DNA of 64,000 bases from Eutreptiella sp. 'Long Island Sound 2002' (GCA_964036045.1 OZ038379.1:19220001-19284000), one strand, 5' to 3'; positions 35,501 to 49,750 are shown, numbered from the stretch's first letter. Notes: a model not told the origin generated them from the sequence alone. Numbers and translations: made by a program.

Positions 35501-37511
35501 GAAGCATCGGCGCATTGTCTCTGCCTCCATGCAGACGTGAAAGGGGTTGTGCCCCGTTTGCTGCCTGTAATGGGCTGTACAGGAGTGGTGCACCACAGGG
35601 CAAAGCGCATGGGGAAGGGGACGAGAAACAGGGTTGTACTTGAGTTCAGCAGGTTGCTGAGGATTCAGGCGTGGGACGCAGTAACGTCATCCATAGCTGT
35701 AATCTGAGCTGCGGCGGAGGGCTTGCTGAGCGCGTGCCCGGCGCGGTCCATCTTGCCAAGCGTCCTACACTGCAGCCTCCAGATCTGTACGGAGATCCCT
35801 GGGGTGATCCCCTGACAGCGACAGTGACAACGACAACCGCACCAGCAACAGCACCACCACCACCACCACCACCACCACAACTGCCACCAGCACCACCATA
35901 TTGGACAATTTTCGTTCGGCATTACTGAATGTTCAGCCAGGGCACGCCGCCTGCACTGCGGTGCGTGCCCCTCCCTCAATGCGCCCAACACTCTCCCCTG
36001 CGCATTGCGATGGAGGGGGACCCTTCCATGTTTCAATTTTCCTTTGAATTGAAGACAAATGCATTGACATGCGGTGCCACATGCAAAGAACGCCACCGGA
36101 GCCAAAGGGGTGCCTCAACGAGCCTTGTTGTGGGGGCTGAAACATTGAGATCAAGTTTGGTTGAATGGCAGCTGTCAACGTCGAGCCCCATGGCACTCGT
36201 CCGATGGCGAACCACATTAAGCGGCAACCAGGGAAGAAACATCGCCAGGGAGACTGTGTGTGCCTCGACGGAATTGTTCAGACATATCATGGGCGTCTGG
36301 GGTCGGGGAAAGCATGGGAGGCCTTGACCAGGGCCGGAGTTATGGCCATTGTTGACGCAAATTGTGACATGCCCATATCCAAAGGGGGGAAACGGTGTCC
36401 CTCGACACTTCGGCTCCAAAAGCCCCGATTGTCGGGTTTGCCTTTTTTTGTGATCCGACGGGCGGGGGGCGGGGAGGGCCACGACCTGACCAATCACGGT
36501 GGAGTCGTCTGCGGCAGCGGCGGGCACAAAAATCCTCGGCATCAACAGGCGCCAAAGAGACGGGTCAGACTGGATGGGGACAGGGTGTCGTTTTTGCTGT
36601 GGGTCTGTTTGTTTGCGTGCAGTCTTCTATGTTGGCGTTGTTGTGTGCCAAGTAAATTCTCTGTGATTAATCGGAAATGCTGAGCGGACTCGTGGCTCAC
36701 CGGGTACACAAGCATCGCATGCAGCGGTGTGCGGACGTACACGAGTGACCGTGCACGGTTTCTTGTGTCAGCCGCCCACAGCCGGCAGGCCCATGCGTAC
36801 GCAGCTATGCACGTAGGTGTTCGGCTCTCACCACAGGTCTGAGACTGAGAGCGAACGCTCCTCGGCGTAACACGGGACCCGGCAATGCGGAGGATGGCAC
36901 TCGTTGTATCGATATGTCTGAGGCAGCGACAGGGTCTTGTGAGTTTTTTGGGTAAGTTTGCATCGCATTCTCTCAACATCGCTTCCAGTTGGTGCTGTTT
37001 CAGACCTCCGAGCAGGGGCTCAGAGGTGGCGTCAGAGGACGGCGGGAAAAGTTCCTTGTCTCTCCCTGTTGGGCACGGGCGAAGCTGGAGAGCCTCGGAT
37101 CAGGGTAGAGCATATGTGAGCAGTGGCCCTGTTTGGTGGTTGTGTAATGGTCGGAGGCCTGCGCCTGGAATGGGAGGGAGGCGGTGGGGAGTCTCAAACC
37201 GCAATAGAAAGTGGTAACTGGACGTTGGCAAAGTGGTTGGGGGCAAAGCCGAGCGGTTGCAAAAAAATGTGGAGGGCACTTGGGGGCGGTCGGGAGCGGG
37301 TGCAGCGGGATGGACAGGGACTCCCGGAGGGCGTGCGTGCGCGCGCCCCGACCCGCTCCATCGGTTACAATTGCACTGACAACAGGCGGGAACTAGGCCG
37401 AGGGCTGACCAGGCCCCTCGAGAGGATTGAGGCGGAAGGAAAAGCGGACCCTTGTTTGCCGGGCCTGCGGGTGTGAGCCACCCCCTCCCTGGGTCAGCAG
37501 GAGGAAGTCAC

Positions 37512-37577
37512 GTGGCTCAGCTGTCATAGCAAGGGACGCTTAAACCAGGCTCCCCCGGTTCGAAACCCACGCGGGCA
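37512..37577 (+). pseudogene. tRNA-like A/B-box element
   Basis: GTGGCTCAGCTG...GGTTCGAAACCC; the cloverleaf cannot be completed. Confidence 0.5.
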
Positions 37578-37849
37578 ATACGCAGGAGCGCGACGGTGTC
37601 GGTTCGCTGCGAAGGCCAAAGAGTAATATCACGCTGGAGTCCGGGGATCGCCCGGGCAGCCCCACCTCACCTGACCCACAGCAAGAGCCAGCCACCACCC
37701 CTCGGCAACCGGGTAGGAACCTCTCAGAAATTCTCAGGTCTCGTCACTCAGAGCCTTTCTGCCCCTCCCCCTTTGCCCCTTCTGAGCATAGGCGAGAACT
37801 CTGCAAGCTTGCACTGCATGTCTGGAGGCCAAACGAAGGCCATCAGTCA

Positions 37850-40800
37850 TCACTCCCAGCCGGACGAGGCCGGTGCCGCGGGCAGAAGGCAAGCCATCTG
37901 CGGCAATACATACGTGGGCACGGTGTGCGCCGCCTGCACGCCCCCGGCAACAACGCCCGCCGGCGCCTCGGCCTCGGCTTTCGCCGCCTCCTGGGCCTCC
38001 CACAGGTCGGCCTCCCCGGATACGCCCGTCAGCACCAACAGCGTGTCCATCCCGTACGAACCCCCGAACGCAATGTCCGTGTCCAAGCGGTCGCCGACCA
38101 TTAGACTGCGTGACGGATCAATGCCGTGGGCCTTCTGCAGCAAAGATGCCAAAATGGGGGAGGGCTTACCGCAGACGATTGGGGCCTTGGCTCCGGGGGC
38201 TCCAGCCACTAATGCGTCCACCTGCACGAAAGAAGGGCGTGAGGACTTGCACACCGCCCACTGCATGCGGTCGTAAGAATTGTGGGCAGGAACTGACCCA
38301 GGGGTTTCACGGGACTCTTCAAAAGGGGCAGAGGCCAAAGAAAAAGAGGACTGAGGAGGGATGCTGGCGAGGTGTCTCAACACCTGCTAGAAAGGGGTCA
38401 CTGGCCGCTGGAAAAGCGGGTGGGGGGGCGAATCCTAGCAAGGAACCACTTTTGTGACCCATCTCGGCGCGCTGATTGCAAAAATGCAATTTCCATTTTT
38501 CTTGGTTTTTGGTCCGCATGTCGGTCCCATGCAGACCGTCTGCCCCCGTACTGGCCTGACAGAAGAGCCCCACAGAAGAGCCGGGGGGAGGGGGGGGGGG
38601 GGGGGGCTTGAAAAGGGCGCTCATACGACCCCTCCCCCCCCTTGAAGCAATTTTCCGCCCGCCCGGGGTGCGGCCGGGAGCGGTTGCAGTGGGATGGAGC
38701 AGCACTCTCGAACCCTGGTGCGTGTGTGTGCTCTGTACAATTTATGCAGGGGACCCATGTGTAGCGATAGGGCTGGGGTGTCGCGAATAACCCTGCAGGT
38801 CGTGTCGAGACTCCCCCGCAGCTTCTTCGGCGGAGGCAGATCCCCAAACAAGACGAAGAGGTCAAGTGACTTCTGTGGTCGCTTCCGTTCCCCTGAAAGC
38901 AGAGAACTCGTGGTATGACCCGTGCATCATCCATCAGCGTGCCCTGGGGCAGGGGGCAGGGGCTTGCGGGCCTCAGTGGCGTGGGGAGCAGGAGGCATTA
39001 GGGGCATGCATGTGGTGTGCACGTCTGCATGCACCCGCCACGAAGGGAGCAGGCCGTTTGTGTGATAAATTGCGCGGCGATCTTACGGAGGCCCCTGCCA
39101 CAGTAGTGTCGCACCCCACGGTGCATGAGGGCGCACCAAGCGCACACTGTGAGTTGGTGTGCCAAGCACTGTGTGGACAGTGGCTCCCAGTCCTGGTAAC
39201 CCTACCTGGGGTGCCCCCCTGCCACAGCACAGCTGCAGAACGTTTCAGCCTCTTAAAGAGTGGGCGCCGTCCAAACCCTTCATGCAATCACTGGGCAACC
39301 AATCACAACCAGATCCAGATCTACCAGAGTCCGTACATATTGCCCTTTACTTGTCCCCCACGATCATCAGACATTCATCTCAAGCCTCCATTTTGGAGCC
39401 ACATCTTTCGTTTTCCTCAAGGCGCAATGATTAAACAGGATTGGGGAATGGGCCGTCCATTTCATTGGGGCACCCCCTCAATTGACCCCATTTGGGCCGA
39501 CAGCCCCGCACACCTGTCGTGGTGCACCAACCAGGAGTCCATTCCGCAATGAGAAAGAAAAAGACTGCATTGTGTGTGACCATGGGCTGTGTGTGGCCAT
39601 GGATCCGCTACGCTTTTCTGACATGTCCCCCAATTATACTGCCCAGGCCCCTGATGTCCCGAGTGGCCTGTGAGGGGGGTTGGGGGCAGTACGTCAGGAA
39701 TAGGCACGGGTTGGGAGGGGTAATAGGCCGGTAGGGAAGGCAAGAGAGGGTAGGTAATGGATTGAGGAGGTCAGGCTGCCTTCACAGTCTACCAGCGGCA
39801 CACACACGCATGCATCTTGGGCACCACGGGTTGTATGGTCCAAATGCCCTCTTGTGTGGCTGGGGTGACCTGCTTCACAGTGGCGGTCGTCCGTTGCGTG
39901 TGTCAACCCCCCGCGGCGGGCAGAGGTGGGGGTGGGGGGGGGGGGGGGGGAAGACCTGACCAATCTCCGTGGAGTCGTCTGTGGCAGCGGCAGGCACAAA
40001 AATCCTCGGCATCAACAGGCGCCAAAGAGACAAGTTAGACTTGATGTGGGCTGTGTACCACAAGGTCCGGGCATGGGGTATTACACGTCGCACAGGGCCT
40101 GGGGGGAAACCCGGGGCGGGTGACCTTGTTGTGGTGTGAGGGCCAGTATGGCTCTGGCGGAAAAGAGGGTTCCGGTGGCCAGGGGGAGCTCTGGCTGCTT
40201 AAAGTTGCCCAGCAGACGGCGCTCAGGGGGGGGGGGGGGGGGCTGATCGCCTTAAGTTGCCCGACGATGCCAGCCCGACTGCGTGTGGACCACTGGGACC
40301 TGTGACACTGCCCAGCCGGGATTCCGTGTCCAGGGGCTGCCTGTTTTCTGCTGTCGCTGCCAGCCCAACTGCCCGTGGGCTGGTGAGGCCTGTGGTGCTG
40401 CCCAGCCGGGCTTGCAAGCGCAGGGGTTACCTGTACGTGCCTCCTCCTCTCCTCCACCACCCCCTCCCCTCTTCTCTGCACCCGGTTGCCCTGTTGCCCT
40501 GCTGCATCCATACTGTGTTGCCCCTCGTTGAGTCGCCCCTAGGGGAGTCGCCTTGGGGAGTAGCTGGGGTGCTGCAGAGCAAGAGAGGCACCCAAACAGG
40601 GTGCATGTACATTAGTAGATCCCTCCTTCCCTCCCTCCCTCCCCCTCACCCCCACATCCCTCCTATATGCCCATCGGCACCCACGGGGCTGGGTGCTTCG
40701 AATACCCTGACGTTCTACGGCAGTCCACGGGGGCCTGGGTTGCCCAAAATTGCCCACCATAAGCTGACGGGTCACGAGCTCTATCCCACAAGAGCCTAAA

Positions 40801-43800
40801 TTCTGTGGGTCAGCTAAGCCCGAATTCAAGAGCGCTGCTGAAAGGGACTACGAGAGATCGGAGCTTTTGGCCCTTGCCCCAGGGAGTTGCCCCCCAAATT
40901 CTCGCACCATCCATCCATCCATCCATCCATCCATCCACACCCCGCCCCCCATCTGTCAGATCACAAAAAAATGTGAACCCGACAATCCTCTGGAGGCTTT
41001 GCTGGGTGCTCCCCACCACACATGATGATTTGGGACATTGTAACACGGGGCCAGGGGGACCACCAAGTAGTACACATCAGCGGGGCGCTGCGGATTCCCC
41101 GGTGTCGGTTTTGCAAGTGGAGTGCGCTCCCTGTACTACAGCTCAGGTGGTTTCCGATGGTCCTGTGCTCGGGCTGAGGACTGATTCACCCTGGAGCCCG
41201 AGTGCAGAGCCTTGGGTGCCCTCCGCAGACGGAGGTGACGGGGGGCTCAGGGGTACGCCATGCACCAAGGCCCACACGTCTCATTGGTGGGTGTCTTGTG
41301 ATTTTCGAACTAAGGCCACGTTCTTGCACTGCGTGCGCACTGCGTGCATATTGCGCACAAAGAGGCTGGGATACTCACCCAAGAATACCTATCACCTGTC
41401 TAGTAGCACGGCGAAGCAGCAAAGCCCACATGAGAACAACGAAACTGCCTTCAACTTGCCCACTCTGAACATGTCCTTCTTCCATAAAGTCCAATTGGGA
41501 CAAACCCAAAATCCATGCTTCTTGACCCCACTTCAATGCTTTGTTCACTGGCAAGGGAAAGCCCACATGCCCACTTTGAACATGCCCTTCTTCCACAAAG
41601 TCCAACTTGTACAACCCCGGATCCATGATTCTTGACCCCACTTCAATGCTTTGTTCAGCAGCAAGGGAAAGCCCACTTGGCTGGGCAACAAAGCGTGGAT
41701 TGGATAATTGGCCCGGTCTCCTCAATAGCACCGGAAGGTTGAAGGCCCAAAATAACGCTCCCATAAAGATGCCCAGCGCACACCCTGTGTGCTAATGCCC
41801 ATGCGGCGGAGGAAAGAGGGGAAAATGGTTGAAAATGGGCAAAAATGGTTGACAATTCAAATATGCCACATCCTAAATGCTTAGGAAGCTAAAAAAAACC
41901 CTGGTACGGAACCAAAAACTTGTGAAAAGGGGCCGAAACTACGGTTCGAGTATTTGCCGACATCCAAAACTTCGCATTGCGTGCGCACTGCGTGCATGGC
42001 ATTCCCTAAAGACAGCCATGCCTGACCCACACAAGTTTGCATTGGGTTGGCTGACCTGCCAATCACCGTCAACGAAGCACCGGCACACCCCCATCAACCA
42101 CTGCCTCAACGGCACTCTTTTGAACAGAATCAACCCGCTCACAAAATGCCCAATTCTCCCTTATCGGGTGACTCAACTCCCCCCCTCCATGGCCTCCGGC
42201 GAGACTTAGTTACCAAAGGTCACCAGGCTGGGCCTGGCTTGGGTCTGATTTGACCAATGGCGCCGAAGGCGCTGGAAGGAGGATTTTGCCATCTGCTGGC
42301 GCCCCATTAGATAAGCCCCCCTTCCCTCCCTTCCTAGGGGGCCTTTGGCTATTTTCAGTTTGGTGTGAGTTGCCTCATAGACTGAGGACCCCCCCCCACC
42401 CCCGCCCCCCCCTCCGGTGACACCCAAGAAGCCAGCCCTCCATAAGATGTACTCCAACACTTTGTGGCGTGAACTCGCTCTTCACATGGCAGGGGTCTTG
42501 GACCCCCGGCCTCTGTCAGCGCTGGTGGGGGAGTGGACGCCGAAGGGGCATCAGCTGCAATTGGGAGCAGTGGGACGGACATTCCAGTCCCACCAAACGA
42601 GTTACCCCACCGCCCAATACTCCCCCAGCGGTAATGTTGACCACCAAAGGAAGGTCACACAGCACTTACGATGCTGGAAACCGGTTTGAGGATACAGTAA
42701 TCCAGCGGCACTTGTTGAACGCGTTCCCGGTGGGGTTGGATGTTGCAGTTGCACGTGGCAGATGATGGTGGTTGCTGGCAGTTGACAGCACTTAGTGTCA
42801 TGGCAACCGCAAGAGACAGGCTGGGGCAAGAACCTGAGTGCCGTTGACGGGCATCATCCACGGCCCCACACGGTCCACATTGTCCCGATTGGTCACAACG
42901 AACAGAGCACCCTGCTGCAGATACAAAGAGCCCATCACCAGTTTGTAGAAGGACCAGCCGAAGTCGTGCCCCACCACCACGGCCTGCACTGTGGGATCCG
43001 CAGGAATGCGTGCCACCTCCTCGTCCGTGATTGTCTTGCCACAGTCATTGGGGCCGCCGCTGCAGGTAATGCCCTGCTCCTCCAGCTCAGTCACAAGGCC
43101 CTCACTCCCGATGACGTAGACCTTACGGATCTCAGGGTGTTCGTGAGCAAGGTATGCCGCAGCAGCCCAGCCGGAGGTCAGGATTTGCTCCGGTCGCACA
43201 TCTGTGAATCCTGAGTGCAGACACCGGGGAGTGGGGGTAGGAGGGGGGGGGGGGGGGGGCAGCCTTGGCATACATGCGAAGTAAGTATGCCCAAGCTTTG
43301 GAGAGAAATATGTATACATTATTTGTCTACGTTTGGTGAGAGTGGGGCTGCTGTCCCTCTGCTTGAACGTGCTTCTTTACACCCATGACGTCTACTCCAT
43401 GGGGAAAATGTCAAGCAAGCATTGAAAAAGGTCACACAAGCGCTTGTGTGACACCTAAAGATAAATGGAAAAAAAAATCTCTTTTGTTGGAGTGTCAGCG
43501 CAAGCGCACCCTGTTCGATTTGTTTTTATGCTAGTGCGAGCACTCAAGACAAAATCACAATCACAAACCAATCTGACCACCATTGCTTGGAGAGGTGAGT
43601 TTGCCTCAGTCCCATGGACGTTTTGGGCAGTCCAAGCACGTGCAAGGCAACGGAGTCGTGGTGTCAGTGGATGATAAGAAGGTTAGGGCCAAGAGGAAGG
43701 TGTATGAGGAGGAAGGAGGTTTGAAAAGCAGAAGAAATTTGGAACAAGAGGAAGGATGAGAAAGAAACAATCGATGGGAAGTGAATATATCGCATCCACA

Positions 43801-46520
43801 AACACAGGGTGCATAAGATTAATTGGTTCGTTCAATGAGTAGAGAGGGAGGGGGCACGGGAGCCAAACCAAATCAATGGAGGCTCACATACCTAGCTCAT
43901 ACAAATGAAGCAAGAAAGAGGATGAGGAGGGAACAATGGCTAGCTATTGGATATACTACACCCAAAACCATAGTGTACAACACATCGGTGGCTAGAGGAT
44001 CACGGAAAGAAAAATAAATCAACAGAGGCCCATAGACCTCAGGCAAATGCGGATTGCACCTAGGGGGTACCGTTCAAAACGACTTGAACGTGCCTCACAA
44101 AGCTCAATGGCAGGCAAGAACTTGCCCAAATCTGCATTTGCTTTGGTTTGGAGCATTTGTTGCAACAAGCCCAAGCATTGATGGCCGCAAATCCATCGAA
44201 AAAGTGGAATCCCTAGAGTTTTGCTACCGTTTTTCGCAAAGGCCCTCCACAAGAGCTCACACCTACAAATTAGTGCCCTTGGCATCCCACAAGTACACTT
44301 GAAGAGGGGCTTCTTCTACAACCGCCCCAAAAGAAACCAGTGCATCCCCATGAAGTATGACCTATTCGTCAAGAAGAATAAACAGTTCCATCAATGGATC
44401 TTTAGGGGTAGCATCACAATCTATACACGGCTAGAGCCATGCACACCATGCCAAGGCCTTGTTCCATGCCCTTCCCTCATCCATGCACCAAGCAACGTGC
44501 TGGTATGCCACGGATGTGGGGGTCATTTATGCAGGCCACTATCCCATCATCTTGAAAGGGGGGTCGGACTTGCTAGGGCACCTTGCGGGTGGTTGGCCAC
44601 TTGGTGGTGGTTCCTCGTGGGCGATTAGTCCTGTTTTGCACTCCCCTTATACGCCAGCAATGTCACCTTTGTGCCCTAACCTGCCGGGGTGCGTTGCGGG
44701 TAGTTGGCCGCCTTGCTGCGCTAGGTGGTGATCGGCCAAGTTTTGTGCTCCCCTTGTGTGTTGGTGCCATCACACCTATGCCACCCCCTCTCTGACCCCT
44801 TTGCTTGCTCCCTCACGATAGCCAACCTGACCGTAAGAATCAGAGCAGGGTGGATTGCGAACTTCAAATGATTTGGCGGGGGTTGTGGATGTCCCTGAAC
44901 AACATACCTGAGCAAACATGCAATATGCACTAGGGAACCAACCCCTAGGCCAAGGAATCAAAACAGGTTGCATGACGCCCGCTGTCTTGGGGTCCGCAAA
45001 GCGGGGAGGACTCAAAACGATATGACGACGGGGAGGACTCAAAACGATATGACGAGATGACCCCTGCCAGCTAGGGGTTCTACAACGGGGAGGAATGAAA
45101 AAACAATTCCTGGCCCCTGCCATCTTGGGGTACCAAGAGGGGGAGAAATCAAATGCAATACGTAACTCCTTCCAGGTCCATAGAGCTAGGATGAATGGTT
45201 TTACTGTTTTCAAGTACACTCACGCTGACTTTCAACAAAAAAGTACTCCCCTTATACACCAAAGAAAGATATACATTTTTTTCCTAGTTTCCTCCTTTTC
45301 CAACACTCAACTCCCACTCCACTGCCTTCACTTTCAGCCACTCACGGACAGTGAAGATTTGGAGGGTGCTCTCCACCATCGAAATTGAAAGGACCAGGGG
45401 GTTATGGGCAACGAAGCCGCACAAATCAGTGGTGCGCAACATTCTGAGGCAAGGGGGGTGGGTCACCGATGAGGACATAAAAGAAAACCGGTCCATACAC
45501 CCGGTTCAACTGCAAGCATATTGTAAAATCAAGTTACATTCTGTTCACCGGGCAGACTGCCAGTGTAGACCGAACCCTCCAAACACCAACCAACCCCTGT
45601 TTCACAAAATTTTTCTCCCAATAGCTTCAGCAACCGGTTCAGAGGCACACAGCTGTGGCACATTGTTGCAATGCCGTGCGGTGGGAAAACAATGGGGGTC
45701 TGAGGCCCAAGGATTCGTGTGCAACAGCCAAGAAAGTTTTCTGGTGCAATTTTGGTTTTCCCTGGGGATTTTTCTGTCGGACACCCTGGAGGAGGGGGAC
45801 TATGATTGTCAAGCATCACTGGGGGTGGGGCCATGAGCAATTCAGTGAATCACTAAAGCTTGGCCAAAGTGTTGGATTGGATGCATTCCCAAGCAAGTTG
45901 AGCCACTGGGGTGGTGGGTGCAGGGGGTACATATGCCTCTTTCTTAGCACGGGCATTGAACTGTGGTTCACGTGTGACGAGTTTCAGTGCATGTGGAACG
46001 AGGTGGGAGCATCCTGATGGCAATCCCCCGGCCATTCCGTAGGCAACGGCACCCGAAGGTGTTGAGGATGCTTCGTGCTTCATGGAAAATGGCAGCGTGA
46101 ACAAGAGAACCCTTTGGCCAGGGGGAACTGCGCACCGTGGGGGGGAGGGGTGCTGAGGGTTACTTAGACCACTTACCCATCCCTTTTGCCATCTCATCAC
46201 TACCCTGCCTCGCAAGCTGGACCTAACTTCGCGAACTTGGCCTGGTACTGCATGCGACTCTTGCTGGCGTTGTTGGTGATGAACAGCAGCTGCTTGCCAG
46301 CGTTGTGCAGGTACTTGAGGGTCTCAACACTGCCGGGAATGGGCTGCGAGCCTGTCCACAAGACCCCGTCGCAGTCAAAGATGAAGGACTCGTAGCGGTC
46401 CAGAGTGGGGGCAACGCGCAATGGACTTCCGGAGGATGTTGTGGAAAAGGGGGATAGTGTGGGTGGAGGAGAAAGTGGAGGGGGTGAGTGGCAGGAGCTC
46501 TGCATCTGCAGGCTTGGCAT
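37850..46520 (-). CDS. PGP: HAD-superfamily subfamily IIA phosphatase (phosphoglycolate/pyridoxal-phosphate phosphatase-like), 3 exons, 348 aa
   Basis: join(46223-46520, 42834-43210, 37850-38221) = 1047 nt, in frame across GT-AG junctions KLG|FTD and NGTQ|VDAL. Motifs are FIFDCDGVLW (I), FITNNASKSR (II), VCGKPS (III) and MVGDRLDTDIAFG (IV). A further upstream exon is possible. Confidence 0.9.
40907..40938. repeat. (CCAT)n microsatellite
   Basis: Direct reading. Confidence 0.9.
44210..45000 (+). mobile_element. Heavily decayed non-LTR reverse transcriptase fragment in PGP intron 1 (antisense to the gene)
   Basis: Successive decayed motifs in order: TVFRKGPPQELTPTN*CP (cf. K.G...NYRPI), HQWIFRGS (cf. 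QFGFR), WYATDVGV (cf. D..KAFD), LGQGIKTGCMTP (cf. GI.QGCPLSP). No YADD motif was found. Confidence 0.45.
45002..45057. repeat. 27-bp tandem duplication
   Basis: GGGGAGGACTCAAAACGATATGACGA(C/G) twice. Confidence 0.85.
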
Positions 46521-48499
46521 ATTGAGACCTGAGCACAGTGGGCACAACGTGCTGAGGGGTCCCGACCTGCTCTGTAATTGAGCACAGCTGTGTGGTGTGT
46601 GTATGGTCAGACTACACGGGGCTGAAGGTGAAGCTGACATCCCCGACCCTGCCAGCCCCCAGAGTCCTCAACTCTGGGGGGACCCCCCTCTAAAAGCCCC
46701 CCGCCCTCTTCAGAGATTCCAGATGCGAAAACGGTTTCCCGGCGCATGAGGCGTACACAATCTCCATGAGTTGTATTCAATTTGTCATGAATCCTACACA
46801 GCTTTCATGAGTCCGGCACAATTCCCAGGGGTGCTGCACCATGCTCCCATGAGTCCCATCCATCTTCATGGGGCAGTGCCTTGTACCTGGAGAATACACC
46901 AAGGCGAAGTGTGCATGGGAACCTTGCAGTGTGTGCGGATTGTGGAGGAGAGCACTACTGTATGCCCAAAAACTTTCATGAACCCCTTATGCCCTATTAT
47001 GGACCCCCACCCCAAAGTCTCTTGTTCAATGGTTTGGACAAAGGAAACATCATGCAGGAAACCGTCTTACCCAAATGCTTGCTTAGCTCAATGTGCTGTG
47101 TTCGCCGAATGTCACGGTGATGTCTATAGGCACAGAACTTCAGTGTTAGAACAAAGTGCCGGTGTGTAGGCTAGACATCCATTGCAAATCTAACTCTCCT
47201 CCTCTCAGTATCTGGCATGGCCCTCTCATGGCCGTATGGCAGCCAATATCATCAATCACACCAAATTGTACCAAAAGGGACGGCATGTGACAATGACCAC
47301 GACTATCACGTTCCACGATTGTGTACTAGCCCTAAAAGCAACATTGAGGATGCAGGTCCTTGTTTTTTTGGCTCTATCGAGGTAAAACTAAAAAATTTAT
47401 TTGCCTAATTTTGGTTTTGGCAAGCATCATTGGTTGGTCACCTTTTTTTTGTGTGTCCAGCACACCAACTTCAAAGTGAGCTCTCGAGCGACAGCCCGGA
47501 TCAAAGAGTAGAGCATATAGCACAAACGTGGGTCCCACATTTCACACCCAGTGGATCTCCTCTCTGCAATACCTGCTTGACCTACCCTCTGTATATGAAC
47601 TCATTGAGCGCCTTGCGGCAAGAAACCAAGAATCTCGCATGTAAATTGAGAAATTGAGGTGTTGCAGCATATCGGTGGCAGGTCTGTACACATACAGCAT
47701 GAATACAAAACCCAAAAGGTTGGCAATAATGGGGGGGGGGGGGGCTGTGTGCTATTTGTGTGCTGTGCACAAATTTGCGCCCTGACGACAAACAAATATT
47801 ATACGGGATGAGCATAGACCACCTCAATTGCACTATAATGCTTCTCCCACAGCCACCAGGAATGTGTTGCTGCTATGAGAGTGTGTTTCTTGGGTGTTTT
47901 TACAGTCATCTGGCCCAATACTCCCTCCAATCTTCGACAAATATGCACCTGGGTACACATCACGCATGTCAACTTATAAGAACTTGGGGGTGCAGCATTA
48001 CTAGGATCGGATGAAAATGGTGTGAGCATAGAAGCTCCTTCACTGTGTCACACTTGCACAAGAATGCACCTACTGTTTATAGCACAGAAAGTGTTGTTTG
48101 ACGATTTGGTGGAGGTACTGTGTGGGGGGGGGGGGGGGGATAAGACATTACCCCCCTCCCTCGATATCCACCCCCCAACAAGAGTGAGGGGATTCACCTT
48201 GGAGACCACTGAAAAAAAACCATGAAATCAGCTCCGGGCATCCTCAGTACATGTTCGGTCCACTGTGCTGCGCTCCTGGTCTTACCCCTCGTCACCGGGG
48301 GTGTAAAGGCCATGACCGTTGGTGTTGTGCACATTATTGCCTCCGCCCCTCGGTCTCTGCCCATCCCAAATTGTGGGACCGGCTTGGCATAGTAATCCGT
48401 CACTTAGTGCTTCGCTGCACTCTTGGCCCCTCCTTTGGCTGGGCATCGCTTCTTCATGGGGTCACTGTCCCCGGCAGGTCCTCTATTCGATGGCTTCTG

Positions 48500-49750
48500 T
48501 TGAGCTTGCTTCCTTTTCTGCTTGGCCAGTCTGGCCCACTGTTTTCACGCACACCGCACCTCCCTGTAGGCTCGCAACCTCATGAGGTGTCCCCATAATG
48601 CCCAGGGCCGCATGAGGAGGGGGCATCCTTCCATCCCCATGACTCTCCCAGCGCCCATGGATGTCAGCAACCGGCAGTGGTGCATCATCTTGGCCAAAAT
48701 GATGGACTCATGTTCCGGGGCCTTTCCCAGTAGGGTGACCACCTGCCGCAGGGTGCATCCTTTCTCCTGCAAAGACATTTCTCTTGTGAACTTGGCTTGC
48801 AGCGCTGGAGGCAAAGGCTGGCCCGCGTGGGCTTCAAAATCGAGGGCCAACTCCATGAAACATACCCCCCGGTGCGCCCCCGGCGCCGTTCTGCTATGGG
48901 GGGTGGGGGGGGGGGGGGGGGGGGCAAGCTACAACCAGCTGAGCTCTGTCAGCCACTGCAGCATGACTGGCAAGAGATCTGCCCCCATTTACATTTCCTT
49001 GGCTGTCGTTCTATTATTGGGGCCCCTGAAGGTCAGCCCGGCATCCAGGGCAATTGCAATTGGTGCGAAGGGTATGTGTCTTGGCGTTCGTTCCTGAACA
49101 TGATGCGGAACTTCAATCCTGTTGAATCGTCCAGCAAATCATACCACCGCTAGGAACATACCGTGCAGGCATTGCATGAAAAACTCCAAGGGGTACTGCT
49201 CCTCCATTGCACCCATGTCCCTTAGCTTGTCCTTGTAGTCTTTTGGCGGGTGTATGAAAAAGTCTCGCGGAACCGCGTTTAGTTCTCTGCACCTCTTCTG
49301 CCACCCATCCTAGCCCGTTCGGCTGTGTGTATGTGCCGAAGGTGCTCTTACCAGATTACTAGACATGCCCACAGGGAAAAGCAGACGGGTGGGCCCTCCA
49401 TCGAACCCTGAGCTAAGCCATAAACGCTGCGGCAGGGACTGGTGGCAGTGCAGGGCCGTCCCAGTGCAGTCCTCTTTGCCCCCCAGGCAGCGTTAGGTTG
49501 AGGATGGCCCTGGGCACCGCTTGTCTCTCCACCTAATGGTGGAGCTGTAGCTCTTAGAGGCCCCAAGCCACGGTGCCCCAGGGGCCTGCCTGGGCCTTGA
49601 GCAGCGGGGCATGTGCCCACATGTGGGCCACACCCACATCAACTCATCCTAGACCTGATGGAGCAGTTCGGCTCCAAGGTGTGGCACCCTGTGGCAGCAC
49701 ATGGTCGCACTGCAAGAGGCAGGGGGCAGTGGTGTCCTTTACAACACTGC
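48500..49750 (-). mobile_element. Decayed 3' region of a non-LTR retrotransposon ORF
   Basis: Frames give ..ELMWVWPT.. (cf. the H..W.CP knuckle end), ..LLPVMLQWLTELSW.. and FMELALDFEAHAGQPLP, a pattern I associate with non-LTR C-termini. Multiple stops. Confidence 0.35.

Noticed and set aside
40805-41635. 276-aa plus-strand ORF in PGP intron 2
   Set aside because: Spans a (CCAT)n tract and repeat fragments; no motif and no splice support.
43211-46222. Euglenid non-conventional (stem-forming) intron in the PGP gene
   Set aside because: CAG is at +4..+6, but the complementary CTG is at -10..-8 rather than about -8..-6 and pairing does not extend. The GT-AG ends explain the intron adequately.
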